DNA from: Basidiobolus meristosporus CBS 931.73
Lineage: Eukaryota; Fungi; Basidiobolomycota
Reading direction: 5' to 3'
NCBI GenBank assembly: GCA_002104905.1
Contig: MCFE01000191.1
Coordinates: 62,001 to 126,000, forward strand
Length of the DNA stretch: 64,000 nt
Shown: in pieces, positions 22,140 to 35,160 of the stretch
Position numbering within the stretch: position 1 is the stretch's first letter
How the letters are laid out: each line of letters starts with the position of its first letter
The notes under the pieces: model-generated
The model's input: only the letters and a program-made list of their open reading frames with translations
What the model was told of the DNA's origin: nothing
Databases searched by the model: none
Translations under genes and position numbers: made by a program

Positions 22140-25100
22140 CATGAGTAAATGTCAGAGCAATTTGTTCTGAAAGCTGGAATCAACTTGTAACTCACCAAAT
22201 CAACTTCAGTCTCAACAGCTGATGGGAACTCTCACATAATCAACCATAGTACTCAGCCAGTAAGGATGAAGATCAATGACTAAGAAGAAGATCTACAGGC
22301 CTATATATTTGGGAACTGCAAGTTAGACCTTGTACTTGGGAAAACCTGGCTATTTTGCTGTAATCCATCAATCAACTGGAGAACCCATGCTACTCAGATC
22401 CAGAAGGACAATAAGACCCTTAAACTATTATCTGCCAGACTGGAATTCAACCTGGTCAATTCCAGTGTATGCAAAACAAGTGAACTTAGCAAGAAACAGT
22501 TCTATAGAGCACTTGGAAAGGGCTCCCAGATGTTTCTCATGGCAGTATTACAGGAGGATTCCTCTACTCCAGTACCCCAGAAAGTCCAGACTCCTTGAAG
22601 GAATATTCAAATGTATTTACAGATGAGCTTGTAGGCCTACCACTAGTCAGAGACATGGATCATGCCATTGACACAGGAGATAGCCCTCCAGTGAGTACAA
22701 CACCGTACAGAATGAGTCCATTGGAGTTGGAAGAGATGAAGAGACAAATATATAATTTATTGGAGCACAGATATATCAGACCCAGCAAGTCACCTTGGTG
22801 AGCACCAGTACTTCTGTGAAGAAGAAGGATGGAACACTTAGAGTGTGTACTGACTACAGAGCCCTCAACTGAGTTACTGTGAAGAATGAGTACCCCATAA
22901 CCTGAATTGATGAGCTTTTGATCAAACTCAATGGAGCCGCTATATTTAGTAAGATTGACCTCATATCAGGATACAACCAGATTGAGGTGAGGCCAGAGGA
23001 TATCCCTAAGACAGCATTCAGGACCGGATATGAACATTACAAGTACTAGTCATGAGTTTTGGCCTTGCCAATGCCCCTGCAACATTCATGACCCTGATGC
23101 AGACTGTCTTCCAGGAGTACTTAGACAAGCTTGTGATAATCTACCTAGATGATATATTGATATACAGCAAGACAGAAGATGATCATTTGGGGCACATTGA
23201 AAAGGTTTTGAAGAAGCAAAGAAAGAACAACCTTTATGGCAAGCTACCCAAGTGTGAATTCTTCAGGGAACATGTTGAATATCTGGGACACATAGTGACT
23301 AGCAAAGGGGTACCCTTAGACCCTAAGAAGGTTGAAGTTATCAAGAATCTGAAGCAGCCCCATAGCATAGCAAAACTCTGATCATACCTTAGAATGGTCT
23401 TGTATTATTCAACATTGTCAAGTCCTTGGCAAGTATTGCAGCCCCTTTATCTGATATCCTCAAGAAGGACAATACCTACAAGTGTGACATAGCTTGTGAC
23501 ACTGCCTTTCAGACAATCAAGAATGAACTTGCCAAGCTACCAAGCTTAAGAATCCCAGACTTCAGAAAAAAGTTTACTATGTGCACAGATGCTTTAGACT
23601 ATACAATTGGTGGAGTGCTGAGCCAAGAACATGAGGGAAAGGACTACCTAGCTGCCTTTGAATCTAAGAAACTGAACTCAGCAGAACAAAGCTATCCAAT
23701 GCATGAGAAGGAGATGCTTGCAATAATATGCTGCTTGAAGACATGGAAATGTTATATTGAAGAAGTCATATGCTCTATGAAGACTCATCATGCCTCCCTC
23801 AAGTATATGGATACTCAGAAGGTACTCTCTGGAAGAATGACAAGATGGTGTCAATACATTTAGCAATTTGGTTTGGAGATTGTCTACTGCCCTGGGAAAA
23901 ACAACATGGTTGCTGATGCATTATTGAGATTAGTACAAGTTGCACAACTTGACTTTGTGCATGAATCACATTGGCCTAGCCTATTACCAAAGTACTTGAA
24001 GGATCAAATCAGTTCCTGATGAGGTGGATGAAGATATCAAGAGGATAATCTAGGATGAAGCCAGTAAATTTGTAGTACAGGATGAAACACTCTACTAGAC
24101 TCACACAAAACCAATAGGTTCAGTATTCTTTATTTATACTTTTCTGAGCAAGTTGATATAGTAAACACTAAGAGACTGGAATAATTGAAGTCTGTTTTTG
24201 TCTGGGTGTTGATAGGTGCATAAAATAAATGCAAAATTGCTTCATTAATCAGCAGATATCTAGGCAACTACTAAGAGTTTTATTGATCTCAGATGACTTA
24301 TCCTTTGTGAATGCTTAGTGGATCAGTTGTGGATGTAAGGACTACTTGAAAATTGATCAGGTATGACAGCCAAAAATAGAATCTAAGAAGTGATAAAACA
24401 AACCATGACAGTGATTAGGTATGTTTGGGTTAGGGAAGACCAGCTAGGGTACTAGATTTTCTAACAAAGTGAAATTGGCTAGGTTTCAAATGTCAATGCA
24501 CAACACCTGGATTTAATACATAAGCTACACAATGGATATGGACATCTTGGAATTGAAGGAACCTATAGCCTGGTGAAAGTCAGAGCATGGTGGCCAAGAA
24601 TGAAATATGACATTGAGAAGCTAGTGAAAACATACCCAAATTGCCAAATCAACCAAGGCCAACCACAGAGAGTTACTGAACTCTTTCCCTTGGAGCCTGT
24701 AAGACCATTTGAAAGATGCGGAATTGACTTTATTGGAAGACTGCCAACTACCAGGAAATGCAACAATTGCATCCTAGTAGCAATTGACCATGCTGCCAAA
24801 TGGCCAGTGGCTAAAGCAGTACCTATAGCCAGTGAAAAAGGAGTTGCAAGTTTTATCTACCATGAGATCCTTTTGAAGCTTAGATGCCCTGTAGAGATTC
24901 TATCCAACAGAGGTGCAAACTTTATGGTAAAAACAAAGAAAGCTTCCCTGAAAATGCAGCAGATCAAACACTTGAAAACCTTGGCATATCACCCCAGAAT
25001 TAATGAAGTCACTGAACAGTTTAATGGATTATTTGGAAAATGCTGACTAAGTATGCAAATGGAGTTGCCAGTTGATGGGATGAGTATATAGACCAAGCGC

Positions 25101-25560
25101 TTTTTGCATGCAGAGTCAGAGTACACAACACCACCCAACAAATACCACTTTGCTCAGTGTATGGATGTGAACCAAGGATTCCAGGAGATCTCATACAACC
25201 AAAGCTTACAGAAACCTAAGGAGATGAACTCAGTCAGCCAAGTAGACACCAGCAGCTGGACTTTAGGTAAAGCTACAAAACAACCTTGCTGATATGACAA
25301 TAGGCCTTTCCAGATGGGAATGGAGTTCTGCCATACTGACTGATCACCCCCTGGTCTGACAGTCCAGTCTCTGAGTCCAATACCAAATGATCCTGAGTAA
25401 GTGATAAGGTTAAATACCTAAAACTCACTAAAAAAGTGCCTCATGAATATCTTCAAGCAAATCTCTACCTAGGCCCAGTAAAAAATAATATGGTCCAGCT
25501 GACAAGTTCAATCTTAGTTGACTGTGAGGATTTACAGATGAGAATGTCTCAATGCTGGTA
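22140..25560 (+). pseudogene. pol: Gypsy-B pol (protease remnant, RT, RNase H, integrase), many stops
   Basis: PYRMSPLELEE, MSFGLANAPATF, YLDD, TDALDYTIGGVLSQ, AFESKKL, GIDFIGRLP, AYHPR; homologous to 31563-34560 (-). Confidence 0.9.
24096..24505 (-). repeat. LTR family K inserted in Gypsy-B, one end lost with an adjacent deletion
   Basis: Reverse complement of 58059-58463; about 50 bp of gypsy sequence is missing relative to 32540-32600. Confidence 0.75.
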
Positions 25561-25629
25561 GTACTGAATTATTGACCCTCTTTGAGACCATAGAGCAGGC
25601 TTATGAAAGGGTTTTGCTACTTCAATGCC

Positions 25630-26500
25630 TTGTGTAATGCAATGCTCTGCTGCTTGAGTGTTAAGTTCAATCAGTTTGTAGTTCAATCAGTTAGTTTCAT
25701 GTTGAACCTATCAGAATATTATTATTACTTTGCAAGTTAACAGTATTTATAAGCATATCAATCAGCAGATCCTTGTCAGACAGATTTTGGTATATTTGGT
25801 AAGATCTAAGTGGGTGATGATAATTCAATTATATTAGTCATTAGCTGCAACTTATATTAGGATATACAATTAGCTTTCACTTGATCTGGCAAAATGTACA
25901 TAAGGAGCTGCTAGAACCATAAATATGGCCAGTTCAAGCTTGGACAATACAAAACTAGCTGAACTCCAAATTCCTCCGCAACTCCTATATGGGGACTGTT
26001 GAAATATTGGACTATTTGGTATCATTCAGCAGCTAAAAATTTACTTAACAATTCTAGACTAGTCTTAGTCACTGTAGGACTCATTTACTGCCTTAACTTT
26101 GCCACTTTCTCCAGATATATGATCTTATGATTATTCCCCTATAGTCAGGATCAAATTAGCACTATTACCAAACTTTATGTACCAACCCTGAAACTGTTAC
26201 AGAATGCTCCTGAATATTGAGAAACCCTCCCTACTTAGTATTGCAGCTGTATTACTTCTACAAAGGTATAAATACTGCGCTTCTTTATGAATAAACAACA
26301 GTTCAACTATTATCACTATTTCTTGATAAGTTCCTTATATCCAAATCACTTCTTAAATTGCAACAGGGACTTGTAACAACTGTAATGTTTATGGTGTGTA
26401 CACAGCTGTTCTAAACAAATTGCATGTCATTCAGGTAGTTCTAATCTGGACTACACCTACTTGAGCAAATCTAATCAGTCAATACATGTTCTGGCTCATT
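25630..26500 (+). repeat. LTR family J (probable 3' LTR of the + strand Gypsy-B), interrupted by LTR-H
   Basis: Aligns with 27747-28361 and the reverse complement of 30440-31562; ends approximate. Confidence 0.6.
25997..26365 (+). mobile_element. Solo LTR-H
   Basis: TGTTG...CAACA; TSD GGGAC (25992-25996 and 26366-26370); TATAAAT at 26267, AATAAA at 26290. Confidence 0.92.
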
Positions 26501-27746
26501 AAGATAAGCAATTGGCAAGTGCTTTGATGGTCTTTGTGTAGAGCACTGTTACCTTTTTCATGGCAGTTTAGTAGTTGCTAGTTAGCCTGAAATAGTGCTA
26601 TACTACCAATTTACCAAATGGTTTCTCATATTTCACCTCCCCTGGTGCCATCTAGATATTCCCTTGAAGTACTATACACCTATATGCTTGTGCACTATGA
26701 TAGCTGGTATTTTGCACAGAGCTCAGATCAAAAACCATCTGCTGCAGCAGACTCACTAATTTAATCTCAGCTTTACCGCTTGACAGTGGGATACTTGTAC
26801 AGCTACCACATGCCTTGTACTGCAACACCAAGAAATAAGCTCAAAATGGCTGACTAAACAGAGAGTTTGTGGTTGTTGCAATTAAGAAACATAACAAGAT
26901 AATACATGTATACGGCCAGTATAATGTCTGCATATCTCATGTGATAATGAGTATTTTCTAAGACTGTTGCCTGAATTGAAAAGTTGTTACAAAATATTTG
27001 CCAAAAATATCATCAAAACACAGGCAGAGAACCACCTACAGATCCAACAAGCTCCAACTTGGAGTTTTTCATAGGACTTTAAGATTACAAATCTTACAAA
27101 CATGTGCTTACTAGTTGCCACTTTGTCATGAGTAAATATTCTTTATTTATAAAATAATTCTTGACACAATGCAAATACAATCCATTTACCGGATGGAATT
27201 TAGTCCTGGCTATATATGCACTGAGGGTGCTGTTTAACTGAATACACTACTCAAAGGTGTTGAAGCAGGATTGTGCCCCAGAAAAACATGTAGTACTTTA
27301 GGAGATCAAGCCTACTAGCATCATATGCATAGTGTATCCAGCCCAGCCTTCCCTTCCTTGACAAATACCTGCAAATTAGTGGAGCTCTTATACAGAATGA
27401 AATATGTGCAGGTGCCTCCTTCTGTAGAGATAAGTTCAATACTAACTAGTGTTTCCTGGCTCTGGTCCATGAGCTAATACTTCACAATAGATTTGAAGGT
27501 AATATTGTTAATCAGATGAGGATATGGCAGTACTTTAACTTAGTATGCTTCCTATCTATTGCTACATACAATCCATTGATTCCTCCAAAACATGAAACAA
27601 GGGCCAGTGTTCTCTGTACACTGAGCAAGATATATCAGAGAATGGAGACTTTAGCAGCAGAATGCAAATATTAAAACCCTTTGCTTGCAGAACAGCAACT
27701 TAAATTGTGTTGCAGACCCCTTCCATGTGAGTTGTATGCTGACCTT

Positions 27747-28361
27747 TGTTATAATCTGCTGCTTGAATATACAAGTTTACTTAGTTTTTAGTCAAGTCAA
27801 TTAGCTTGATGTTAAGCCTTTCAGAATACCAGTGATAACAAATCAGTAGTATTAGTCAACAAATAATTCAGCTAATCCTTCAAACAAAAATAGATCTATT
27901 AGGTAGGATTTATGGAGTAATAATGATGTAATCAAATGAGACATCAGACACAACCTACATTGGGGAATACCATTAGTCAGCAATTGATATGGCAAAATGT
28001 ATAAAAGGAACTGCTGGAACCTCAATACAGATCAGTTCAAGCTTTGGTGAATCCAATACTGGTTAAACTCCCTGTTCCTCTACAACTCCTGTATCAAGAC
28101 TTGTATCACCTTGTTGCTGAGGGTAGTACACTCTGTGAAAGATAATCCTCCAGTATCTGCATACAACTAAAAGTGCTTCCCATATACTCTGGGTAGAGGT
28201 ACCTTTGGAAGGTCACTTGCTTGAGCCCAACTTAATTGATCCAGTCCTTGAATTCAAGTTGTTGCATATACATATGTAATCTGATTAGTGCTTGTGTGAT
28301 TTACACTAAGTAAATTACTCTGTGATATCTTGCCAACTTTTCTAAATTTCCCTGATGTTAC
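27747..28361 (+). repeat. LTR-J copy
   Basis: Starts TGTTATAATC and is homologous to the PPT-adjacent LTR at 30440-31562. No TSD found; 3' end tentative. Confidence 0.6.
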
Positions 28362-28717
28362 AAAATGCTCAAATGGCTTGAGAAGCCCCTTGTGCAGCTT
28401 GGCTGTGAGTATTCAGATTTTGCAGAAGAGCAATCTCATTGATTCCAGTAAAATCCTTTTGCCCCAACTGGTTGTATCTATATTGAATATCACTGGTCAC
28501 TCTAAGATTATAATATTTGTGAGGCATCATATATTCACCTATAAAATGCTTCAGTATACTATCAAATAGCAAGAAACTATGCTAACCTGCTGTTGTAGCT
28601 GAAGCACTGCTGCAAGGGTGCAAACACTGTGCTTCATTATGATTATGTAACAGCTTGCCTTTTATCACTATTGCTTGAAAGGTTCATGATATCCCAAACA
28701 TTGTGTGAATTGAGACA

Positions 28718-29160
28718 TGTTATGAGCTGTAATTGCCTTAGTCTGTACTTAAAATGGCTTCTACCAGCAAACTGAACAACTCAAGCATCTTCTGCACATA
28801 GGAGAGGGTTGAAGGGAAGAACCATGTACTTTGGAGAGGTAAGATGGAGATTTACCTTGAGGAGTGCAAGCTCTCAGATATTTTACCAGAAATGGAAGTG
28901 GAGCTCAAAGGATAGCAGGAAAAGTTTAAATGTATTCAAAGACAGAGAGACAGTGCTTTAATGCCATATGTGTCAATAAGCATTATTTCTTTGTTGAACA
29001 AACTCATGCTTTCAATACTGCCAATTAGCCTGTGAATCCTTAGATAAGTTCCTTGGAGCCAATTCTGTACCAAGCCAGCATTATTTGTAGAGAAGGCTAT
29101 TCAACATATGGAAGTAGTCAAATGATGACATACTATAGTCCCTAACCAGAATGGAGGCAC
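28718..29160 (+). pseudogene. gag: PBS remnant and gag start of a second, divergent copia family
   Basis: CA|TGTTATGAGC (28718-28727), ATG at 28754, then RVEGKNHVLWRGKMEIYLEECKLSDIL, resembling Copia-A KLDGSNYQVWKVKMKMLLQERGLWDI. Confidence 0.5.
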
Positions 29161-29689
29161 TTATTGCAATTGAAGAAGTGATTATGATAGATGGAACTAG
29201 TCAAGAAATAGTGATAATTGTTGAACTGCTGTTGATTTATGAAAAACTCAGTGTTTATACATTTGAAGAAGTAATACAGCTGTAATACTAATTAATAGAT
29301 AATATGCATTTGGAAATCAATACCCATGGCAGAAATTGCAGTAGGTTTGTTGCACAGAAAGAGCAGTTGTGTACTATGATGATTAGCCTGGGGCTTGTCC
29401 TGCAATGTAGAGGATAACTGATAAATACAATGACTTCTAGTATACTAACACAGTAGTGCTCTTTCAGGAGCTACAAATACTAATAAAAGATATAAACCTC
29501 ACTAATATCATCAATGTTGGACTCAAAATTTACTAAAAGCAGTGCCTTATGCCTTTGCAGCTGAGTTCTGTCCTTCTGTATGCTATAGGGCAAGATTATT
29601 TTTGTTGTAGCTTTCCAAATTTGGAAAACACTTCCCTCTCCATTTGCAAAACCAAATCTCTGCTCCAACCCAAAGGGGTGTGGTAAAGG

Positions 29690-29930
29690 GCTAACTTAAG
29701 AAGACTTTACACTAAAGGGCTGGCATCAGAGTAAAGGTGAATTGTACAGTTGTCTCTAAACTAGTCTTTATACTAAAGGTGAGCCCAAAGGGACTTTTTT
29801 AGAATAAAGTGGTCTCCTGAAGGGGTTTCTGAATGGGTGTCTCAAGAGAATGGTGGTTTCTTCAAGCAGGTTCTTCAGAAGAATGGTGGCACTTTGTGTG
29901 AGCCTTTGATTGGGTTCTTGGGAGCATAGC
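29690..29930 (-). repeat. Highly degenerate LTR-D minisatellite region
   Basis: CTAAAGGG-type units and ATTGGGTTCTTG in the same order as 9420-9680. Confidence 0.5.
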
Positions 29931-30439
29931 AGAGGTAGATGAGTTTGCAGTGCAAGGCAATTTCTCTACCACAGCCTCAACATCCACTATTGTTGACAGG
30001 ATTCAGATCCCACTGATCAACTAAGCAGCAACATCCAAAACTCAATGGACAAGGCAATGCCTATAGTGAAAACTAGGGGCAACAACAAGCACAGCAGAAG
30101 TTCACCACACCTTTCAAGAATTGGAGCTGAAGAAAATCAATGCCATCAATTGAGTCATTCCCCATTGTAATTGCAGAACTAAACTGTGAAGCCCTTAAAG
30201 CATGTCAATAGTCCCCATTACTGAGCAGTATTGATCCCATTGGGACATGGTGCAAAGACCATTTAAAGATAACTGCACTCCAGATTTCACAATTAACTGT
30301 GTTAATATTTTACATCACAACAATAATTGAGTGACTTTTGATTTGTCCTCTGCCAGTTCTCTCACTTTCTGATCCCAGACACCCAATTGCCTCGTACATT
30401 TGTATACATTGATTGCCTATTCCCTCTTTTTCCTTACTT

Positions 30440-31562
30440 CCTGATTCAGCCAATTTTCTTGCTTTTTATGCCTACGTTACAAGTCTTAGTATAAGAGTTG
30501 TAGAGGAACAGGGAGTTTTGCTAGAATTATATTCACTAAAACTTGAACTGATTTTTATTGAGGTTCCAGCAGCTCCTTATATAGATTTTGCATGATCAAT
30601 TGCTGACTAAATGTGTTTCCTAATGTAGGCTATGGCTGATGACTCATTTAATTACATCATCATCACCCAATAAGATCCTACTTAATAGACTTGTTCTGTT
30701 GGATAGTGCCACATTGAGCCATGAGTGCCAAATAGTGCCATGGTGTGCCTGAGAGTCATAGCAGACCTAAACTTGGCCACAGAGTGTGACATATAGTTCT
30801 GCATATTCATGCAAAGCAGCCCCTGTGTTTCACCTACTGTGCAGGAGAAAATCAACTTTTTAACCTTTTTTTTGGGATCAAAATTGTGCATGACATAAAA
30901 GAGCACAGACAGACTGAAGATATGCATCTGGTACACAATACCCATGGCACTCTAAATCTAGCCCCACAGGCTTGTAGCATGTCACACAAATGCATGGCAC
31001 TATCTTGGTCCACTGGTACTATCTGGCGCTATATTTAAATATTAGCCCTAAAGTAGAATCTATACAAAGCACTTATGGTGCCAGATAGTGCCATGCATTT
31101 TTGTGACATGCTACAAGCCTATGGGGCTAGATTTAGAGTGCCATAGGTATTGTGTACCAGATGCATATCTTCAGTCTGTCTGTGCTCTTTTATGTCATGC
31201 ACAATTTTGATCCTAAAAAAAAGGTTAAAAAGTTGATTTTCTCCTGCACCGTAGGTGAGACACAGGGGCTGCTTTGCATGAATATGAAGAACTCTATGCC
31301 ACACTCTGTGGCCAAGTTTAGGTCTGCTATGACTCTCAGGTGCACTATGGCACTATTTGGCACTCATGGCTCAATGTGGCACTATCCAACAGAACAAGTC
31401 TAATATATATATTTCTCTCAGATAAGGATCTGCTGATACATTTTGCTGACTAATGCCACTGATTTGATAGATAATACTGATATACTGATAAGCTAAACAT
31501 ATAACTAATTGACTTGACTAAAAACTGATTTAACTGAAATATTTAAGCGGTAAATCATAACA
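30440..31562 (-). repeat. LTR-J, 3' LTR of the - strand Gypsy-B, containing MITE-B
   Basis: On the minus strand the purine tract AAGGGAGAA abuts TGTTATGA at 31562, just after the integrase end (LVHRDRLK). Confidence 0.75.
30687..31401. mobile_element. Foldback MITE-B, second subfamily
   Basis: AGACTTGTTC...GAACAAGTCT; TSD AAT (30684-30686 and 31402-31404); empty site present in LTR-J near 27900. Confidence 0.92.
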
Positions 31563-34500
31563 TTCTCCCTTATCAAAGTTGAGAGGGTTCTCCTGAATTT
31601 CTTTTTTTATGATACCAATATCTTGATGGTTCAGTATAATCAGCAAGTCATGCAAGCTTGAGTCTGTCCCTATGCACTAAATCTTCCCAGATAATGCCTT
31701 GTTTGTCCACTAGTTGGTAGACTTGTTCCATTGGATAGTTCCAATTTGACCTATCAGTGCTAAATGATGCCATACTGAAAACATGCATCTAGTACTCAAT
31801 CCCCATGGCTCTGTGAATCTATCTCTTGTAGCTTGTATAATTTCACCAAAATGCATGGCACTATCTTGGTACATTGGTACTATCTGGCACTATAAGTGCT
31901 TTGGACAGGTCTTACTTTAAGGCTAATACTCTGACTCTGAATGCAAAAAGTGCTTGGTCTATATACTCATTCCATCTGCTGACAGCTCCATATGCATACT
32001 TGGTTAGTACTTTTCCAAATAATCCATTAAACTGCTTAGTGACTCCATTAGTTCTAGGGTGATATGCTGAGGTTTTCAAGTGTCTGATGTGTTGCATTTC
32101 CAGGTTAGCATCCAATGTCTTTGCCATAAAGTTTGCTCCTCTATTGAATAGAATCCCCACAGGGCATCCAAAATTCATAAGGATCTCATGGCAGAGAAAA
32201 CTCGCAACTTCATGTTCACTGGCTACTGGTACTGCTTTGGCCACTGGCCATTTGGTGACATGGTCAGTTGCTACTAGGATCCAACAGTTGCATTTCCTTG
32301 TAGTTGGCAGTCTTCCAATAAAGTCAATTCTCCAGCTTTCAAGTTGTCTTATAGGCTCCAAGGGAAAGAGTTCAGCAATTCTCTGTGGTTGGCCTTGGTT
32401 GATTTGGCAATTTGGGCATGCTTTCACTAGCTTTTCAATATATTGTTTCATTCTGGGCCACCATGCTCTGGCTTTCACCACGCTATAGGTTCCTTCAATT
32501 CCAAGATGTCCATATCCATTGTGTAGCTTATGTATTGAATCCAGGCAAGCAACATACAGGCAATAGGTAATAGGGCATCCATCAACAATCCGGTAGAGTG
32601 TTTCATCCTGTACAAATTTGCTGGCTTCATCCCATATTATCTTCTTGATATCTTCATCCACCTCATCAGGAATAGCTTAGTTGCTCAAGTACTTTGGTAA
32701 TAAGATAGGCCAATCTGATTCATGCACTAAGTTGAATTGTGCCAATTGTTGTAGTCTTGACAAGGCATCAACAACTATGATGTTTTTTTTGGGTCAGTGG
32801 ACAATATCCAAATTGAATTGCTGAATATATTCACTTCATCTTGCCATTCTTCTGGATAGTACGTTCAAAGTAAATATGTACTCAAGGGAGGCATGATCAG
32901 TCTTCACAGTGCATTTGACTCCTTCAATATAGCATCTTCATGTGTTCAAGCAGTGTATTATAGCAAGCATCTCTTTCTCATGTGCTGGATAATTTTGTTC
33001 AGCTGAATTCAATTTCTTGGATTGAAAGGCAACTTGGTAGTCCTTTCCCTTGTGTTCTTGGCTCAGCACTCCACCAATTGCATAGTGTGAAGCATATGTG
33101 CACAGAGTGTACTACTTTCTGAAGTCTGGAATTCTTAAGCTTGGTTGCTTAGCAAGTTCATTGTTGAGTGTCTGAAAGGCAGTCTCACAAGCTATGTCCC
33201 ACTTGTAGGTATTGTCTTTCTTGAGGATATCAGTTAAAGGGGTTGTAATACTTGCAAAGGACTTGACAAATCTCCAATGATAGGAAACCATTTCAGGGAA
33301 TGATCTGAGTTCTGATATGCTATGGAGCTGTTTCAGATTCTTGATAACTTCAACCTTCTTAAGGTCTAAGATTACCCCTGTGCTAGTCACCATGGGTTCC
33401 AAATATTCAATGTGTTCCTTGACAAATTCATACCTGGGTAGCTTGCCATAACGCTTGTTCTCTCTTAGCTTCTTCAGGACCTTTTCAATGTGCACCAAGT
33501 GATCCTCTTCTATCTTGCTGTATCTCAATAAGTCATCTAGGTAGATTATCACAAATTTGTCTAAGTACTTGTGGAAGTTGGTTTGCATCAGGGTCATGAA
33601 TGTTGCAGGGGTATTGGTGAGGTTGGAACTCATGACTAAGTTCTTGTAATGTCTATATGTAGTCTTGAATGCTGTCTTAGGGATGTCTTCTTGCTTCACC
33701 CTAATCTGGTTGTATCCTGATATGGGGTCAATCTTGCAGAGTATAGTGGCGCAATTGAGTTGGTCCAAAAGCTCATCAATCTAAGGTATGGGGTATTTAT
33801 TCTTCATGGTAACTGAGCTGAGGGCTCTGCAGCCAATGCACATCCCAAGTGTTCTATCCTTATTCTTCACAAAGAGTACTGGTGCTCACCAAGGTGACTT
33901 GATGGGTCTGATATATCCTTGCTACAGTAGCTGATCTATTTGTCTCTTCAGCTCTTCCAACTCCAATGGACACATTCTGTAAGGTGCCTTACTCACTGGA
34001 GGGCTCTCTCCTGTCTCAATGGCATAATTCATGGCTCTAGCTGGTGGTAGGCTGACAAGTTCATCTGGAAATACATCTGAATATTCATTCAAAAGAGTCT
34101 TGATTTTCTGGGGTACTGGAGCAGTGGATTCCTCCTGCAATACTGCCATGAGGAACATCTGGGTACCTTTTCTTAGTGCTTTACAGAACTGTGTCTTGCT
34201 AAGTTCACTTGTTCCACACAAACTGCAATTGACCAAGTTAAAATCCAGGCTGGCAGGTAATGGTTCATAGGTCTTGTTGTACTTCTGGATCTGAGTAGTG
34301 TAGGCTCTCCAGCTGATTGATGGATTACAACAAAATAGCCAGGTTTTCTCACATACAAGGTCAAATTTCCAGTTCCCAAATATATAGGCCTGTAGATCTT
34401 CTTTATAGTTATTGATCTTCATCCTTACTGGCTGAGTAGTATGGCTGATTATGTAAAAGTTCCCATCAGCTGTTGAGACTGAAGCTCATTTGGTAGGTTC

Positions 34501-35150
34501 TGACCTGATTCCAGCTTTCAATGCTAGTTGCTCTGATATGTACTAATGCAATGCTCCTGAGCCAATCATGATCCTGGCAGGTATTCCATTGATTACTTTG
34601 TTGTGGTATAATAGCTTTCCTGAGTTTGAGATCTTCTGGGATAGGTACTCTTCTGTTATATGGAAGGTGAGTTCTGAGTCTTGGAGTTCATCCTCCATGT
34701 TACTATGCTCCAGGGCTTCAATATGGTTAAAGGTTCTTGATGGCTGGTGTCCATTTCTTCTCTGAGGGCAGTACTGTGCAATGTGTCCTTGCTGGTGGCA
34801 ATTGAAGCCAAGCCCTTTCTTAATACATTCTTCTGAGGTAGGATTCTTCTGCATTGCATCTATTTCCATTAGCACTGATTCTGATGGTCTTCTTTTATAG
34901 TGATTGTAGCCTCTCTGATTAGTTGTTGTGGGCTTCTCAGCTCCAAATATAACTGAGTCATAGTGTCTAAATATACATCTGTATGCATAGATATACTCTT
35001 GAACTATTCCTTTCTATCTGAGTGTCATCAACTTTCTTCTCAGTAGTGTCTGCTGGTGTGGGGGTTCAATGTATCATAAGTTTTCAACACAAACGTATCC
35101 CAAGTAGAGATTGTAAAGCATCCCATCATGGTGACTGACCTGATCTTGTT
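31563..35150 (-). pseudogene. pol: Gypsy-B: gag C-terminus (zinc knuckle), protease, RT, RNase H and integrase; decayed, no chromodomain seen
   Basis: Minus ORFs 34543-34875 (MEID, FNCHQQGHIAQYC, MIGSGA), 33112-33768 (YLDD) and 31912-32661 (HNGYGHLG...CPNC, IDFIGRLP). Confidence 0.9.
31719..31903. mobile_element. Truncated, internally deleted MITE-B arm
   Basis: AGACTTGTTCCATTGG start; ends in the spacer (CACTATAAGTGCTTTG). Confidence 0.75.
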
Positions 35151-35160
35151 GTGCTACCAC

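Noticed and set aside
35152-35160. TGGTAGCAC (minus strand) as the PBS of Gypsy-B, with family I as its 5' LTR
   Set aside because: It is only about 280 bp upstream of the gag MEID motif, too close for a full gag, and the 3' LTR of this element is family J. Family I is better read as an insertion into gag.
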